Assembly (NCBI GenBank): GCA_943704425.1
Contig: CALSCP010001494.1
Span: forward strand, 21,512-85,511
Direction of reading: 5' to 3'
DNA from: Ministeria vibrans ATCC 50519
Lineage: Eukaryota > Protista > Filasterea
DNA length: 64,000 nt
In this document: in pieces, positions 1 through 13,428 of the stretch
Layout: each line of letters begins with the position of its first letter
How positions within the stretch are numbered: position 1 is the stretch's first letter
Notes under the pieces: model-generated
Databases searched by the model: none
Told to the model about the DNA's origin: nothing
Seen by the model: the letters and a program-made list of their open reading frames with translations, nothing else
Position numbers and translations under genes: made by a program

Positions 1-1248
1 TACGGCCCCAATCCACAGCCGTATTTCTTTAAGAGTGCCCCGGAAACGGCGCCGGGTGGTATGGTGGCGCGTGGACACTACGATGTCAAGTCGCGCTTCA
101 TGGACGACGACAATCACATTCACCTGCAATGGGAGTGGTCGTTCGACATTGGCAAGGACTGGGCACCCTCTGCTGGCGGAGGTGCCCCGCCACAGCGCGG
201 CCCTCCTCCTTTGGCGAACCGTCCCGCCGCCCCGGGCGGTCCTCGTCCTCAGATGATTCCTGGCAAGTTGCCACCTGGAGTACGACCTGTCACGGGACCA
301 TTGCCTCCAGGCGTTCGTCCCATTCTCGTACAAGGCCCACCCGCTGCTGTTGTGGCTCCTGCTGCTGCTACTACTGCTACACCTGCGCCTGCTCCAGCAC
401 CCTCGCGACCTCCACCGCCAGCAGCCGAGGCGCCCGCTCCAGCGCGACCTCCACCGGTTCGTCCGTCAAAGCCCAAACCTGCCGCACCCCCCGCGCGCCC
501 CACGCCTCCCGCCGTTGCCCCTGGTCGACCACGCCCACCTGCGGGGCGCTCACAGCCACGGCCCGAGGAGCCTGCGGCACCGCAACTACCGCCGTTTCCG
601 TGTGCACGCACCGTCTGTCAGTATGTGCCCAAGACAGACGACGAGCTTGGCTTCGACGAGGGTGAAATCATCAAGCTGCGTGGGTTGCAAAGCGAGGGAG
701 TGTACCGCTGCCAGCGTTCTAATGGCGAGGTGGGAAGTGTCCCCGATGCGTTTGTGCGAGTGCTCAAGTTGCTGCCCAACAAGTACCCGCTCGAGGGCCC
801 TCGCGCCATTGGGCTCTACAATTTTGACGGCGAGACGGAGGAGGATCTTTACTTTTGCGTCAACGAAGAAATCCAGCTACTGGGGCGCGTTGATCCGGCG
901 GGTGCCTGGCTGCGGGGTCGCGTGGACAAGCGTGAAGGTGGCACATTGTTTTGCTTGATAGTAGAGTGCCTTCTAACAAATATTACAATCACCGTTCACA
1001 TTAGGGATTTTTCCGGCTGAGTTTGTCAAGATTGTCGAGCGTCTTCCACGTGGCGCCTCTTGCACGAGTGGCCCACGCGCAGTAGCCAAGTTTGACTATC
1101 TTGACGGTTCCGAAGGGGTAAGCAATGGGTGTGAGTGAGTGAGTGAGTTAGTGAGTGTGTGTGTGTGTGTGTGCGTGTGTGTGTGTGTGTGTGAGTGTGA
1201 GAGTGAGTGTGTGTGTGTGTGTGTTTGTTTGGGTTTGTGTGTCTTTGT

Positions 1249-1321
<73 letters not shown>

Positions 1322-2008
1322 GTGTGTGTGTGTGTTTGGGTTTGTGTGTCTTTGTGGTGTGTTTGTTTGGGTTTGTGTGTCTTTTTGGTGTGTTTGTTTG
1401 GGTTTGTGCGTCTTTGTGGTGTGTTTGTTTGGGTTTGTGTGTGTTTGTGGTGTGTTGAACGCGGCGTGCTTACTATGGTGTGCTTCTTTCTGTGGCGTGC
1501 TGAACGTGGTGTGTGTCTCATATGGAGTGTTGGTCCTTGAAGGGGCGAGAGGCTGTTTTTGTTGTTTTTATTAACGCGAAATGGGCTGCGGCGGCCAACG
1601 TTTGTAGGATCTGCAATTTGAGGCTGGTGATATCATTGCTTTGGTGGAGGAGGTTGATAGTGAATGGCTCAAGGGGGATCTCGAAGGTACGCACTCAGCA
1701 TTTAATTGCTATGCTACCGACTGACCGTATTGGTTCTTACTCTTGCTGTGGCTATTGCAGGCCAAGTGGGCATCTTCCCGAAGATGTATGTGGAGGCAGT
1801 GCAGAAGCTGTCGGCTTGGGTGGACGGGCCGCGCTGTTATGCGCTTTACGACTTTACCGATGGCGAGTCGCCCGACGACCTTATCTTCGAAAAGGGCGAC
1901 GTCATCCGCGTCACACAGCACATTGATGAGGAATGGGCTCGCGGCACTGTCGACGGCCGCTTTGAAGGCCTCTTCCCCAAGATGTATGTCGAAATGATCG
2001 AAGAGTAA
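1..2008 (+). CDS. RhoGDI domain (C-terminal part) fused to a Pro-rich linker and four SH3 domains; 5' end lies outside the window
   Basis: Frame 1 reads YGPNPQPY..APGGMVARGHYDVKSRFMDDDNHIHLQWEWSFDIGKDW, matching the RhoGDI C-terminus, and continues with no stop. GT-AG introns at ~938-1004, ~1118-1607 and ~1687-1760 restore SH3 motifs (YDF..DL.F..GD.I....W..G...GIFP..V). TAA at 2006-2008. Confidence 0.85.
1131..1515. repeat. Intronic compound (GT)n microsatellite with repeated GTTTGGGTTTGTGTGTCTTTGTGG-like units
   Basis: Directly visible in the sequence. Confidence 0.95.
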
Positions 2009-2102
2009 AGCACTTGTGTGAGACGATTATTCAAGTAGTATTAAATTTAATAAGATATTAAATTTATATCAGACTTATCAGTTTTGTATATCTTTGTGTG
2101 GC

Positions 2103-3352
2103 ATGGAACACGTTGGTGTGGCTGGCGTGCAAGATTCGTTAAACTTACCGCCGGCACAAGCCGAGTCTGCGCATTCGTCGCATCACACTCCCACTGCCGA
2201 CATTCAGCTTTCAGCCGCCACCACCGACAATGCTAGTACCTTAAAACGCTCTGCCGACTCTGTTGATGTTCAATCGGAGGCATTCAACGCGAAAAAGGCA
2301 GTAAGGCAGAGCGAGCGAGCGAGAGAGAGAGAGAGAGAGCGATTTGTTCTGACGGTGCATTGCCCTCTCCAACACTTGATTCTCTTGTAGCGAATTCTCA
2401 CTGAAACCGAACGCCGTTACATTGTCGCCGTAGACGTCGTCTCCCACTACAATATGCTCTTGCGCAGTGCAAGAAATTCGCGCCTCGTACGTTCCGTACC
2501 ACCCCCGTAAAAGAGTTGCGCACCTCTCACGTCATGCTTTTCTGCTTTCCCAGTGTTACACCGACGACGACGTCACGACGCCCCATTTCCCAAGTCAACA
2601 TCATACCCTTGCGTGTCGTGAGGCGACTACCATCGAACGACAGCGCGGTATCCGCTATGTCACACAGCCAACGACCTGGAGCGAGGTCGAGCCAATTCGC
2701 GACCTTTTGCCCGCCGACAGTGCGCAGTGCCTTCCAAAACCAGACGAGGGTTGCACCGCTGAAGAGCCATTTGTGCGCACTCCAGAGCAGCTGACACGGC
2801 TTGCCACCGAGCGCCTTCGACAACAGTATGCGGCAAGGACGCGCGCTCGACAGGCGGCAACGACAGTGCCACTGGCCGACGATCGTGCATCGTTCACGTC
2901 AACCTGTATGGAACAATATCGTGCGCACATGCTTGAAGAACGTCGTCGTGGCCACAATTTTACGTCGGCTCAGATATTTGGGGACATGACGGCGCTCTCG
3001 GCACGGCTGAGCATGGCCAGCGCACAGGCTGAGCGCCTTCGCTTTGCACAGTCGCGACGTGACCCAGCCAACGCCAAGGTCGCCACTCGCGTCCGCAACT
3101 ACACCGCCAAGGAACTTAGTCAGCTCCCCGACGCCATCCGCCAGCGCCCCTTTTTTTGCCACAGTACGTTTTCATTCTCTCCTTTGCATATTCGCTCACT
3201 TGTGTGCACTTAGTTTGCTCCAAGACTTATCGCAACCCTGGCGGTTTGCAGTACCATTACATCAACCATCAGCATCTCGACTCCGAATTGGATCTGTACG
3301 ACACATCCTTTTATGTTTTCATTTTCATTAATACTTATTGTTATTGTTATTA

Positions 3353-3384
<32 letters not shown>

Positions 3385-3598
3385 GTTATTATATTATTAT
3401 TATTATTGTTATTATATTATTATTATTATTATTGTGTGGTTCATATAATTATTTTAATGTTATTGTTGTGTCTGTGTGTGGTGGCGTTGTAGAATTGGCG
3501 AGCATCCTGACATGTGGCCACCAACGGTGGAAGAGCGCCTCGAACATTGGGCACGTGCTCGCAGTCGCACCGTCTCCAGTGGTGGAACGCGTCGTTAG
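2103..3598 (+). CDS. C2H2 zinc-finger protein, DPF/Requiem (d4)-like, with no PHD fingers
   Basis: Splicing at 3164 gives RPFFCHICSKTYRNPGGLQYHYINHQH. Exon 2 reads HYNMLLRSARNSRL, reminiscent of the Requiem N-terminal region. The last exon ends at TAG 3596-3598. Confidence 0.6.
3331..3432. repeat. (TTA)n intronic microsatellite
   Basis: Directly visible in the sequence. Confidence 0.95.
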
Positions 3599-3793
3599 GG
3601 TTAGGGTTCCTGTAGTCTGTTTGTTTTTATTGTTGTAACAACACCATAAAAGAAAAAAAAAATAATAGTGAGATTTCATTGCATGACTAATAATGATTAC
3701 ACTTCGTGCATTATAATAATAATAATAATAATTATTATTCATATCTTTGAGTACTGACTTTACTTTTAAGATCAATTTTATTTCGGACTCGCC

Positions 3794-5268
3794 ATGTCCG
3801 TCTTATGGAGTGCCTACAGCGCCGTGTTTGTCGTGCTGTCGTGTGCGTGTGCTGGCATGTACTTTGCGACTGTCCGTGGCACTGCTGCCTCTCAGGTGGC
3901 CAACCCCAATTTTCGCTCGTTCAAACACATGGTAAAGTCGCTCCTTCATGCAGCGTCTCTATGTTCAGTTGTAGAGAGGCTTCTTGTGGCTGCCCTTTGG
4001 GCTTTTGTCGACTCAAATAGCTTTTTTTTTTTCAGTATCTTCTTGCGTATGTCTCCATCATGACTGCCGACTGGCTCCAGGGGCCCTACCTGTACAAATT
4101 GTATGCCTACTATGGCTTTGAGAAAACGCAGATTGCAGTTCTGTATGTGACGGGATTTCTCTCGTCGATGCTCTGCGGCACGGTGGTGGGAGTCTTTGCG
4201 GACAAGTACGGGCGACGCCGCGCCAGCCTTGCTTGCTGCCTTATTATGGGACTCAGCTGTCTGACCAAGTTCTCCAACTCGCTTGTGTTGCTGCTGATGG
4301 GCCGAGTCTTTGGTGGTATTGCGACGTCTCTACTTCTGACCGTCTTTGAGGCGTGGATGATCTGTCAGCACACCGTTGGCGACGACTTTCCCAGCGAGTG
4401 GCTCACCGAAACCTTCTCTGAGGCGACCTTTGCCAATGGTCTTACGGCCATTGCTGCTGGGGTTGTTGCCAGTTTTGTTGCGGAACATCTGGAGTATGGT
4501 CCTGTCGCACCGTTTGCAATGGCGCTGCTTCCTATTGGCCTGTGCGCCAGCGTGGTGTGGCGACGTTGGACGGAAAACTACGGCGACCGCAAGGCGTCTG
4601 TGTGTGGGGGTCTGGCTGACGGTGCGCGCGTGATTGCCAAAGACGCGCGCATTTGTTTGCTGGGTGTGGTGCAGTGCTCGTTCGAGGCGGCCATGTACAT
4701 TTTTGTCTTTCTCTGGACACCCGCCATGGAAACCTCGAGCCCGGCAGGCGCCAATCACCGCCACATCCACGTGCCGCTAGGCATGGTATTCGCTTCGTTT
4801 ATGGTCTCTATCATGATTGGCAGTCAGTTGTTCCGCTTGCTCCGTCGTGCCAACTTCTCCGTCAGTGTCATCTTGCGTGCGACCCTTCTCACTGCGGCTG
4901 CCGCGCTTGCCGTACCCTTTCTCATGCCGCAACTCCACTACGCTATGCTTCTTTCCTTTTGCATCTTCGAACTTTGTTGTGGCATCTACTTCCCTAGTCT
5001 GGGCACCCTGCGATCGGAGACTCTCGAGGAAGCCACGCGCGCGGGGGTCATGAACCTTTTTCGTGTGCCCGTCAACCTCTTTGTATCGGTGACTCTCCTA
5101 CAAATCGATGACTATCCCGGTGTGCAACTCTTTGCCGTTGCCACTGCCCTTGTCCTCGTCTCTCTGCTTGCCAACGAGGTGCTCCAACGGCGTCTCAACC
5201 CGCGCACAGTGGTCGTTGCTGCATCCACCGAGCAGACGACCATGGCAGTCAAGACTGTTGCCTTGTAA
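3794..5268 (+). CDS. MFSD5: Molybdate-anion transporter (MFS)
   Basis: Motifs ADWLQGPYLYKLYAYYGF, FVFLWTP and RAGVMNLFRVPVN; multi-TM; one intron at ~3932-4036. Confidence 0.9.
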
Positions 5269-5518
5269 CCTAATCCCCAAGAAAACCTGTGTACACTACT
5301 TCTCTTAAAACTTTTCGTGGTGAATTTGGCACATTCTTTGTGTATTCGGGAGCAGTCATCAGACTTCTCTTTTTTAGTGTAACGAACTTGTAGCCGGTGC
5401 CGAAACTTGTCAGTTCATCTAACACACACAATTTACTGATCTGTCTGATCACTTGTCCATCTCCTCCACTCCTCCAGTCATCACTATTCACTCAAGTTTG
5501 TTTGTTGGCTGTGTTACA

Positions 5519-5874
5519 ATGATTGTGTGCACGTTTGTTGGACTGCTGTGCATGGTGGCGTCGGCTCAAGGCGCATTTCCAAATCAACCCAACTTTGTCG
5601 TTCTCTTCGCGGATGATTTTGGGTTTGGTGACCTCGCCTCATACGGCAACCCTATGCAAGAGTTTGGACACCTCGACACGCTGGCGGCGGAAGGGATTCG
5701 CTTCACGCAGTGGTATTCGGGCGAGGCATTGTGCACGCCCAGTCGCGCCGCACTCATGACGGGCCGTCTTCCTGTTCGCACTGGCATGTCTCCGGCGGGC
5801 ACTGTTGGCGCTCGTGTCTTGGACCCAACGTCGACAGGAGGCTTGCCTTACTCTGAGGTGAACAAAATGACAAA

Positions 5875-5931
<57 letters not shown>

Positions 5932-7610
5932 TGTGTGGGTGAAAAGGAAAACCAAAACAACGTTGTTTGTGTCCTCATTATTTTCTGACTACATCATGTT
6001 GTGTAGGTGACTATGGCGGAGGCGCTGAAGCCGCTAGGTTACACCACTGGATTTGTTGGAAAGTACCATCTAGGTATGTGTCTGTGTGACTCACAAACCA
6101 TCGTTGACGTGGATTTCTTCTCCTTCCCTCAGGGATAAACGCAAACTCGTCGACGGACGGTGCGCACCTTCCGAGTCACCACGGTTTCGATTATGTGGGG
6201 CACATGCTCCCATTTTCTAATCATTGGACATGCGACGAGACCAAGGTTGGTTGGTTGTAAGGTTGATTGTACTATTCTCATTGTCCCTTGTCTGTCTCAA
6301 CTGTCTTGCAGCGCCACGAGCCCAAACCCAATCCCGACCAGTGTTTCATCTACAAAGGATCGACCATTGTGCAGCAGCCCATTGATCACTCGAACTTGAC
6401 CAACGTGTTTGCGGCGGACGCAATGCAGTTTATCGAGTCTAACCGTGACCGTCCCTTCCTGCTCTACATGGCCTTTGCACACATGCACGTCAGCATGTTC
6501 TCCGCCGAGAAGTTTGTCAACTCGTCGAACAATGGCATTTTTGGCGACGGTATTCGCGAAATGGACGATGCCGTTGGGCAGATCATGGGAAAGCTGCATG
6601 AGCTTGGACTCGACACGCGCACCGTTGTGTTCTTCGCCAGCGACCATGGGCCTCACCTTGAGCTGTGTCTTGAGGGCGGCTCGCCAGGCCCCTTCCGTGG
6701 CGGCAAGTCATACTCGTCGTGGGAGGGTGGGCTTCGTGTACCCGGCATCGTGTGGGCCAAGGGCTCGATCGAGCCGCGCGTGTCAACTGCACTTGCATCC
6801 ACCATGGACATCTTCCCAACCATGGTCGACTTGGCGGGCGGTACCCTTCCGCCCAACGTCACCATGGACGGCCGTTCGCTGCGTGCCGTACTCGAGAATC
6901 CCACTGTTGCGTCGCCCCACGATTACATTCTCAACTACTGTGCATCACGTCTAGTAGCCATCCGCTCCGGTCCCTTCAAGGCCAAGTGGTTCGAGCAGGC
7001 TCTGCCGCACGCCGACTACCCCCAGGTGCACTGCACCGACGGCTCACCTCACGGCGAGTTCTTTCAGACGTGGAACTGCTACGGCGCCGGTGTCACTGCT
7101 TTTGACCCGCCACAGTTATTTGATATCGACTCTGATCCGGGGGAACTTTTTCCTCTCGAGGTGAGCGCACCGCTGTGCGATGCTACGCCTGCCTATATTC
7201 TCCCCGGTCACGGAATGCCTGATGCCGGTTACACGCATCGAGAGATGGCGTCACTCGAACAGTGCCTGACGCTCTGCTGCAGTCACTCGGACGAGTGTGG
7301 CTCGGTGACGTATGTCGAGAACCAAGCGCATCCATCTGCCAACTGCTCGGCAGGCCAGCCTTGCTGTTGGCTCAACCAACTCGAGCCTTTGCCGCTGGCC
7401 GTGCGTGAGAACATAACCGTTGCTTTTCCGACCAAGCGTTACGCAGGGCCGTACGCGAGTGTTCTTGACCACATGACCAATGTGCGCATTGAACATGTCA
7501 TTGCGCTACAGCCGGCTCCCACACAGATGGCCGACAAAAGCCCAGCCAATCAGCCCTGCTGCGACCCGTCAAGCGGTTGTCGCTGCAACTATCCCAACCC
7601 TAACCCTTAA
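5519..7610 (+). CDS. Secreted arylsulfatase (ARSA/GALNS-like) with a Cys-rich PAN/apple-like insert
   Basis: Signal peptide, [12 protein letters not shown], formylglycine motif [23 protein letters not shown] and WEGGLRVP; 3 introns. Confidence 0.92.
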
Positions 7611-8107
7611 CCCCCCCTTAAACAAGCATCATTGCGCCGTACATAAGCAATACACAATTTGAGTCCCATAATTCAGAGATACTTTGTGTCCCGTCACGTA
7701 TGGTTTTTCGTTTGTGCGTCCCGTCGGGTATCGTATCTCTTATGAATTTCTACAGAGCCCAATGGATAATGTCCAGCCATGTTGCATGGACATTTTTGGG
7801 CGCCCCTTCTTCCTTCTTTTCCTTGTGTTGTTTTATGCCTTGCTTGGTTTATTGTTGTGCTGTTGTGGTTTCACAGCAAGTTTCCTCGTCTGATGTATTT
7901 CCGAACCTTCACCCATGTCACATAACTCCTGAGGGAGCGACGCGCGTTAGTCGAGTAGTTTTGACGTGACCAGCGTGATACGTCGGGTTGTCGGACGTCG
8001 GGCCATGAGCCATGAGCGATATCTGCTTGCTTACGTAAACCCGATCAACAAAATTAACCTCAAAACTATTATTTTTAATTTTATTTTCACTAATAATTTG
8101 TGAGTCA

Positions 8108-10125
8108 TGGCGAAAAAGTTTGACTCGTTGACAGTAGAGACGTGCCTGACACAGTTGGGAACAAAGTCGCTCTCTGCAGAGCTCGACGTCAAGTTTGCGA
8201 TTGGAAAAGGGTGATTTTTTTTTCGTCTTTTTTATCGATGACGTTGACTTTTGCTCCTAAATGACCCTCTGCGTCTGTAGCACTTACGGGATCGTTTCGC
8301 TTGCCGTCCACACGTTTACTGGAGTCCCTGTCGCCGTAAAGCAAGTTCGCAGCGACACGGCGGGTTCCGGCTCGCAGGTATGATGACGTTTGGGCTGCGA
8401 TGCTCTCCTTGTGCTCTTTGCCGCTCTGCGCCCTGCTGTGCTGCCTAGGCCGTCCCCTGAAAACACCCAGAGTCAGCCGTTTCCATCGATGGTCACGCGA
8501 GCGTTGGCAAAGAGAGAGGGACAAAAAAAAAAAAAAAAAAAAAAAAGAGCCGAAAGATCGGAATAAAAGGAGTTTTTGGGGGGCGCACATCAGGCGGGGG
8601 GTGCGTGTGTGTGTGTGTGTATGTGTACGAGTGTGGGGCAATGCGCTCGCGGGGCGGCTCTGCTGCGCTCCCGGAGGAGTGTTCGGCGCGGCTGGCGGGT
8701 GTCGGTTGGTCTGTCCCTCGCATTTCTCACCCCCGTGTCACCTTGCGCAGGTGACGCTCGTCGAGGACTACATGCGCGAGATCCGCCTGACGAAGCAGTG
8801 CCTGCACCCCAACGTTGTGCGAATCCTCGGCTCGGGCCCTGTGCGAAATGAACTGTGGGTAAGGACAAAGGAGGCGATTGATACGTTGTGGGTTGACTCT
8901 CGTACTTTGGCTGGGAGCAGATGGTATTTGAACTGTGTGCGGCTGGCTCGATGCTTGACGTCATGCGTATTCGCAACAAGAGCATTCGTAACGAAGAAGA
9001 GGTGAGCGATGTCTCGAAACAAACTGAGAAAACGTACATTAATTGTGTTTGTTTGCTTTAGTTGAGCGCCATTATTTTACAAACCTTGCGAGGACTGAAC
9101 TTCTTACACAGTATCAATGTGGTACATCGTGATATCAAGGCAGGAAACATACTGTTGGACCACATGGGTGTATGCAAACTGGGTAGGACAAGTGTGTGTC
9201 AACGCTTCCTGTTTCTCACCTTCGTCGTTTGCGTAGGTGATTTGGGCGTTGCCGGTGTTGTCACCGACCAGCAACCACAGCTTACTCAGGCACACGGTAA
9301 GACACGCTGATAATGTGTGTCAGTACCATGCGTCTTATTTTGTTTGTGTGTGTAGGGTCGCCCAATTGGATTGCGCCTGAGATTGTGCAACAAGTGCCAT
9401 ATAACGAACGCGTACGTGTCTGTGCAACAGAAGCATCTCACTGATCTTTCTTCTCTCTCTCTTTGCATTCTTTTTTCTTTCTTTCATTCTTTCTCTCTTT
9501 CTTTCTTTCGTTCTTTCTTCTTTCCTTCCTTCTTCTTTCTTTTTTCTTCTCTTTCTTCCTCTCGTTTTTTCTTGTTCTTTCAGGTGGACATCTGGTCGCT
9601 CGGGTGCACAGTGATTCAACTCGCCGAGGGTAATCCGCCTTTCTCCGACAAAACACCGGACGACGTACGTCGCACTCGTTTGCATCATTCCGTCCCTAAC
9701 TCACTCTTCTTGTCTTGTGTCAGGCAATGATTGCGATGTGCCAGGGTCCTCCGCCAACGTTTACACTGGACCGTTGGTCTCGTTCGCTGACGCTCTTTAC
9801 TGCACGCTGTCTCACCTTTAATCCAGCAACGCGTCCGACCGCCTCAGCTCTGCTGCAGGACCCCCATCTTACGTCTGCGGCCGTCGCCAGGGACCCCCTT
9901 CGCGCCATGGCCGATGATGTCCTCGCCCGCCGCATCGAGGCCGAGCGCGCCGCCACCGACTCCCCTGAACATTTTCAGGCGGTTGTCGCCGCCCTGCGTT
10001 CCCCCAGGAAGGGTCGCATCAAGAAACACGGCTCCACCAACTCCCCCAGCGCCTCGCCCGTTGCCTCTCCGTCCACTCGCCGCCGCACCATCTCTAGTGC
10101 CGACTCCAGCTGCGTCCTTCAGTAG
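8108..10125 (+). CDS. STE20-family Ser/Thr kinase
   Basis: Spliced exons give GKGTYG, VAVKQ, HRDIKAGNILL, DLG (in place of DFG), GSPNWIAPE and DIWSLGCTVIQLAEGNPP. Confidence 0.88.
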
Positions 10126-10386
10126 TAGACACACTCTCTCCTTCACACTGTACATTCCTCCTGGCACCCCTATTGCATCTTTCGCACCAAAATCATTCAA
10201 TAGTACTAATTTAGACCATAAACCTTCAGCTGTCATACCTTTTTTTCGAATTTCTTGATCTTGAGTCTTGAGTCAGGAGTCTTCATTACTCCTCATAATC
10301 ATTAGTTTTGCGTTGACATTGAGCACAGCTCTCGATTCTCTAATCTCTACATAATCATTAATCATTTTTGTTCTTCTTTTTGTCGG

Positions 10387-11612
10387 ATGAAAGACAAACA
10401 CGTGGTTGTGGTTGCGATTCTACTCGCATGGGGCATGGTCTATTTCTACAGCGAAATGAGCAGAGGCGCGAGCGAGAAGAGAACATTACAGATTGCGTAT
10501 GAGCGTCTTACGGCCCATCTTGAAGAGCAGACGGCGACCGTCACGAGGCTCAAAAGAGAGCTCGAAGGATCTGCCTCTGAGGCACCGGCTGCCGCATCCA
10601 GCGCAATACAGGGCGACTCGAGCGCCATCAGGTTTGGTGCTCTTGCAGCCGCTCCGCTCGTCCTTCTCATCCTCCTCTCTCACTCAGCTTCAAGCGCGGC
10701 TACGACCTGTTCCCGCCCCTCGCGAACCTCACCGAGTGGCAAAAGGAGAGCACAGCCAAAGGCCGGACCGGCCCCCATACGCTCGTCGCGATGACGGTTG
10801 GTGAGAAGGGCCGTCACTCGGTCAGCTTGATCCTTCGCAAATTTGCCGCGTTCCCGGACTACGCCTTCCTCTTGTTTGTCTACGACGGTAGCACTTGGAC
10901 GACCGAGTGTGAGGCCATTCGCGATCGCGTGACCCTCATCTACGCCAAGGCGCAATTCAAGTTCTGGTTCTATCGAAAGTTTCTGTTGCCCAATATCGTC
11001 GCTGCGTACGAGTACCTCTATGTGCTCGACGAAGACGTCTGTCTCAACGAGTGCGGTTCAAACGTGCCAGGCGGTACCTTTGACATTGAGCGCTATGCTA
11101 CTCTCCTGCGCACCCACAACATCCCCTTGGCCTGTCCCGCCCACAAATCTGTACACAAAATCTTTCGTGCCACTCCCGAGAACGCCCACATCGCTGGCCG
11201 ATGGGCTTCCATCGTTGAAATCGGGCCCTTCTTTTCGGTTTCCTCTCACGCCTGGCGCCTGCTTTTCCCGCTCTTTGTCGAAGAGATCGTCCTTGGAATA
11301 GGTAGCCATACCCACTCAAACCGATGTCTCTTCCTTCGCCTCTTATCTCCCTTTCACTCAGGTTTGGATCTGGCGTGGTGCAAATACCTGGCTCTGCAGA
11401 TGGGTCGGCCGTCGGAGCGGACGTGCGCGGTCATGTACCAGGATGCCATTGTGCATCTTGACTCACAATCGTCGCGCAAGGGCAGCCGCCCCAACATCAT
11501 GGGCATGCTGCACTCCGGCGCATGGGAGTCCGGCTTGCTGGCCAAGCACCACCCTCATGTAACCATCGGCACTGACGACCGGTCTCTCTCCGTGTTCGAC
11601 ACTATCCAGTAA
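10387..11612 (+). CDS. DUF707-like type II membrane protein (putative glycosyltransferase), paralog 1
   Basis: N-terminal TM plus coiled coil; FLLFVYDGSTW, KFWFYRKFLLPNIVAAYEYLYVLDEDV, VEIGPFFS and GLDLAW match the DUF707 pattern; introns at ~10632-10687 and ~11302-11361. Confidence 0.75.
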
Positions 11613-12025
11613 CATATTAGATGTAATGCATACGAGATAATAATCGATCAACTCTAATTTGCTTCTCATTGGAAATATATCTTCTCTCAGGTGATGTTTT
11701 GTTTTATTGAAACTCTTCAGCGCGTTCAGTGTGTTCAGTAAATCACTGAGACTTTTCTTCTTCTTCAGTTCATAATTGTAATAGATTAATAAATGCGTAT
11801 TTTTGTTTCGGCTTGTATACTCTGTAGTATTGTATTCTATTTCTGATTCCTCCAACCATTCAGTTTCTTCTTCAATAGCTTCAGTTTGTGTTGTCAATTT
11901 TCGTTAGTGATTGGTACTGAATTGGAAATTATTAATAATTATTTCTTATTATATTAAGACTGTCCGAAGACAGTGCGAGGGTCAAGGAGTAGACACGGTC
12001 CGTGCTGTGCATTGATTAAGCCGGC

Positions 12026-13376
12026 ATGGACAAGTACGTGCTGGTACTCATCGCTGTGTTTGCGCTCACGGCCGTCTTTGAATACCGCGAGAACGGCATT
12101 CTGGCCATGGAAAATGCCTCGTTGAGAGTGGAACATGAGAGCCTTGTCGCGGAAGTGCGGGAACGACGACGCGAAGTGGAGCGACTGCAGGCTCTTTCGT
12201 CAAGCGACAATGTCGCTCCTCCGGAAGCTCAACCGCCGCAATCTCCTGCTCAACAAGCATCCCTCGGTGCAGTAGAGTCACCCCCCTCTACCCCGGCACC
12301 TCCTCCGCAATGTCCGCGCGACAGGTAAGCCTTATCTTTGTTGTTGTGTTTTCAGACACTCTCGCACACACATTCACACACTCACACACTTACTCACTCA
12401 CTCACACGCTACCCTCTTTCTCTATCTCTGTAGTTTATCGCTGTGGCGCGGCTTTGATTTGTATCCGCCAATAGCAACTCTCTCCGGGTGGCAAATCAGG
12501 AACTATGGCCATCCGCGTCGAGGGCCACACACTCTCGTTGCCATCACAGTGAGTGGGCGCGCCCGCGCCTCCGTTCGCGCCGTCCTCGACAAATTTGCTG
12601 CTTCACCCGACTACGCCTTCATTTTATTTGTCTACGACAATAGCGAGTGGGCTCAGGAGACGGCGTCCGTCAGTGACCGCGTCACTGTGGTGCACGCACA
12701 GGCTCAGTTCAAGTTTTGGTACTACAAACGATTTCTCCATCCGTCGTTGGTGGCCGCCTACGAATACCTCTACGTGCTGGACGAAGATATATGTCTTAAC
12801 GACTGCGGTGATGGTGCAGTCGGTGGAACCTTTGACATTGAGCGGTACGCGCGCTACATCCGCACCCACAACATTCCCATTGCGTGCCCGGCTCACGGCT
12901 CCGTCCACCGCGTCATGGTGCTCAACGAGCGCACCAAGAACGAAGCCGCTCGCTGGGCAAACATTGCCGAAATTGGACCTTTCTTTTCCATCAGCACCGC
13001 TGCGTGGCGTCTCCTTGCACCTATGCTGGTCGAAGAGATTGTCGTAGGCATTGGTATGAGGGCGCTCGATCACCTTCACCTCACACACACGCATATATAT
13101 ACTTATACTATACTTTTTTCTTGTTCTGTAGGCATTGACTTGACATGGTGCAACTTTCTAGCACAGGCACTGGAACGGTCACCGCAGCGCACATGTGCGA
13201 TCGTATACCAGGACTCAATTGTGCATTTGGACTCACAGTCGGCGCGACAGGGCAATCGACTTAACTACGCAGGACTGCTCAACTCAGGCGGGTGGGAGTC
13301 GGGCCTACTTGCACGCCTTTTCCCGCGCCTTTCTTTCCCGGTCCAAGCCATCCGGGTCTACGACCTGGTCTCTTGA
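12026..13376 (+). CDS. DUF707-like type II membrane protein, tandem paralog 2
   Basis: KFWYYKRFLHPSLVAAYEYLYVLDEDI; clearly homologous to the 10387 gene, with similarly placed introns. Confidence 0.75.
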
Positions 13377-13381
13377 GCACC

Positions 13382-13428
<47 letters not shown>

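Noticed and set aside
1096-1574. ORFs encoding poly-CV, poly-HT, poly-LS or poly-I/Y (also near 3156, 15125, 23002, 40375, 46004, 49867)
   Set aside because: These are translations of intronic or intergenic microsatellites.
3595-7617. Telomere-like TTAGGGTTAGGG (3595) and CCCTAACCCTTAACCC (~7598) at stop codons
   Set aside because: Only about two units each, which is compatible with chance.
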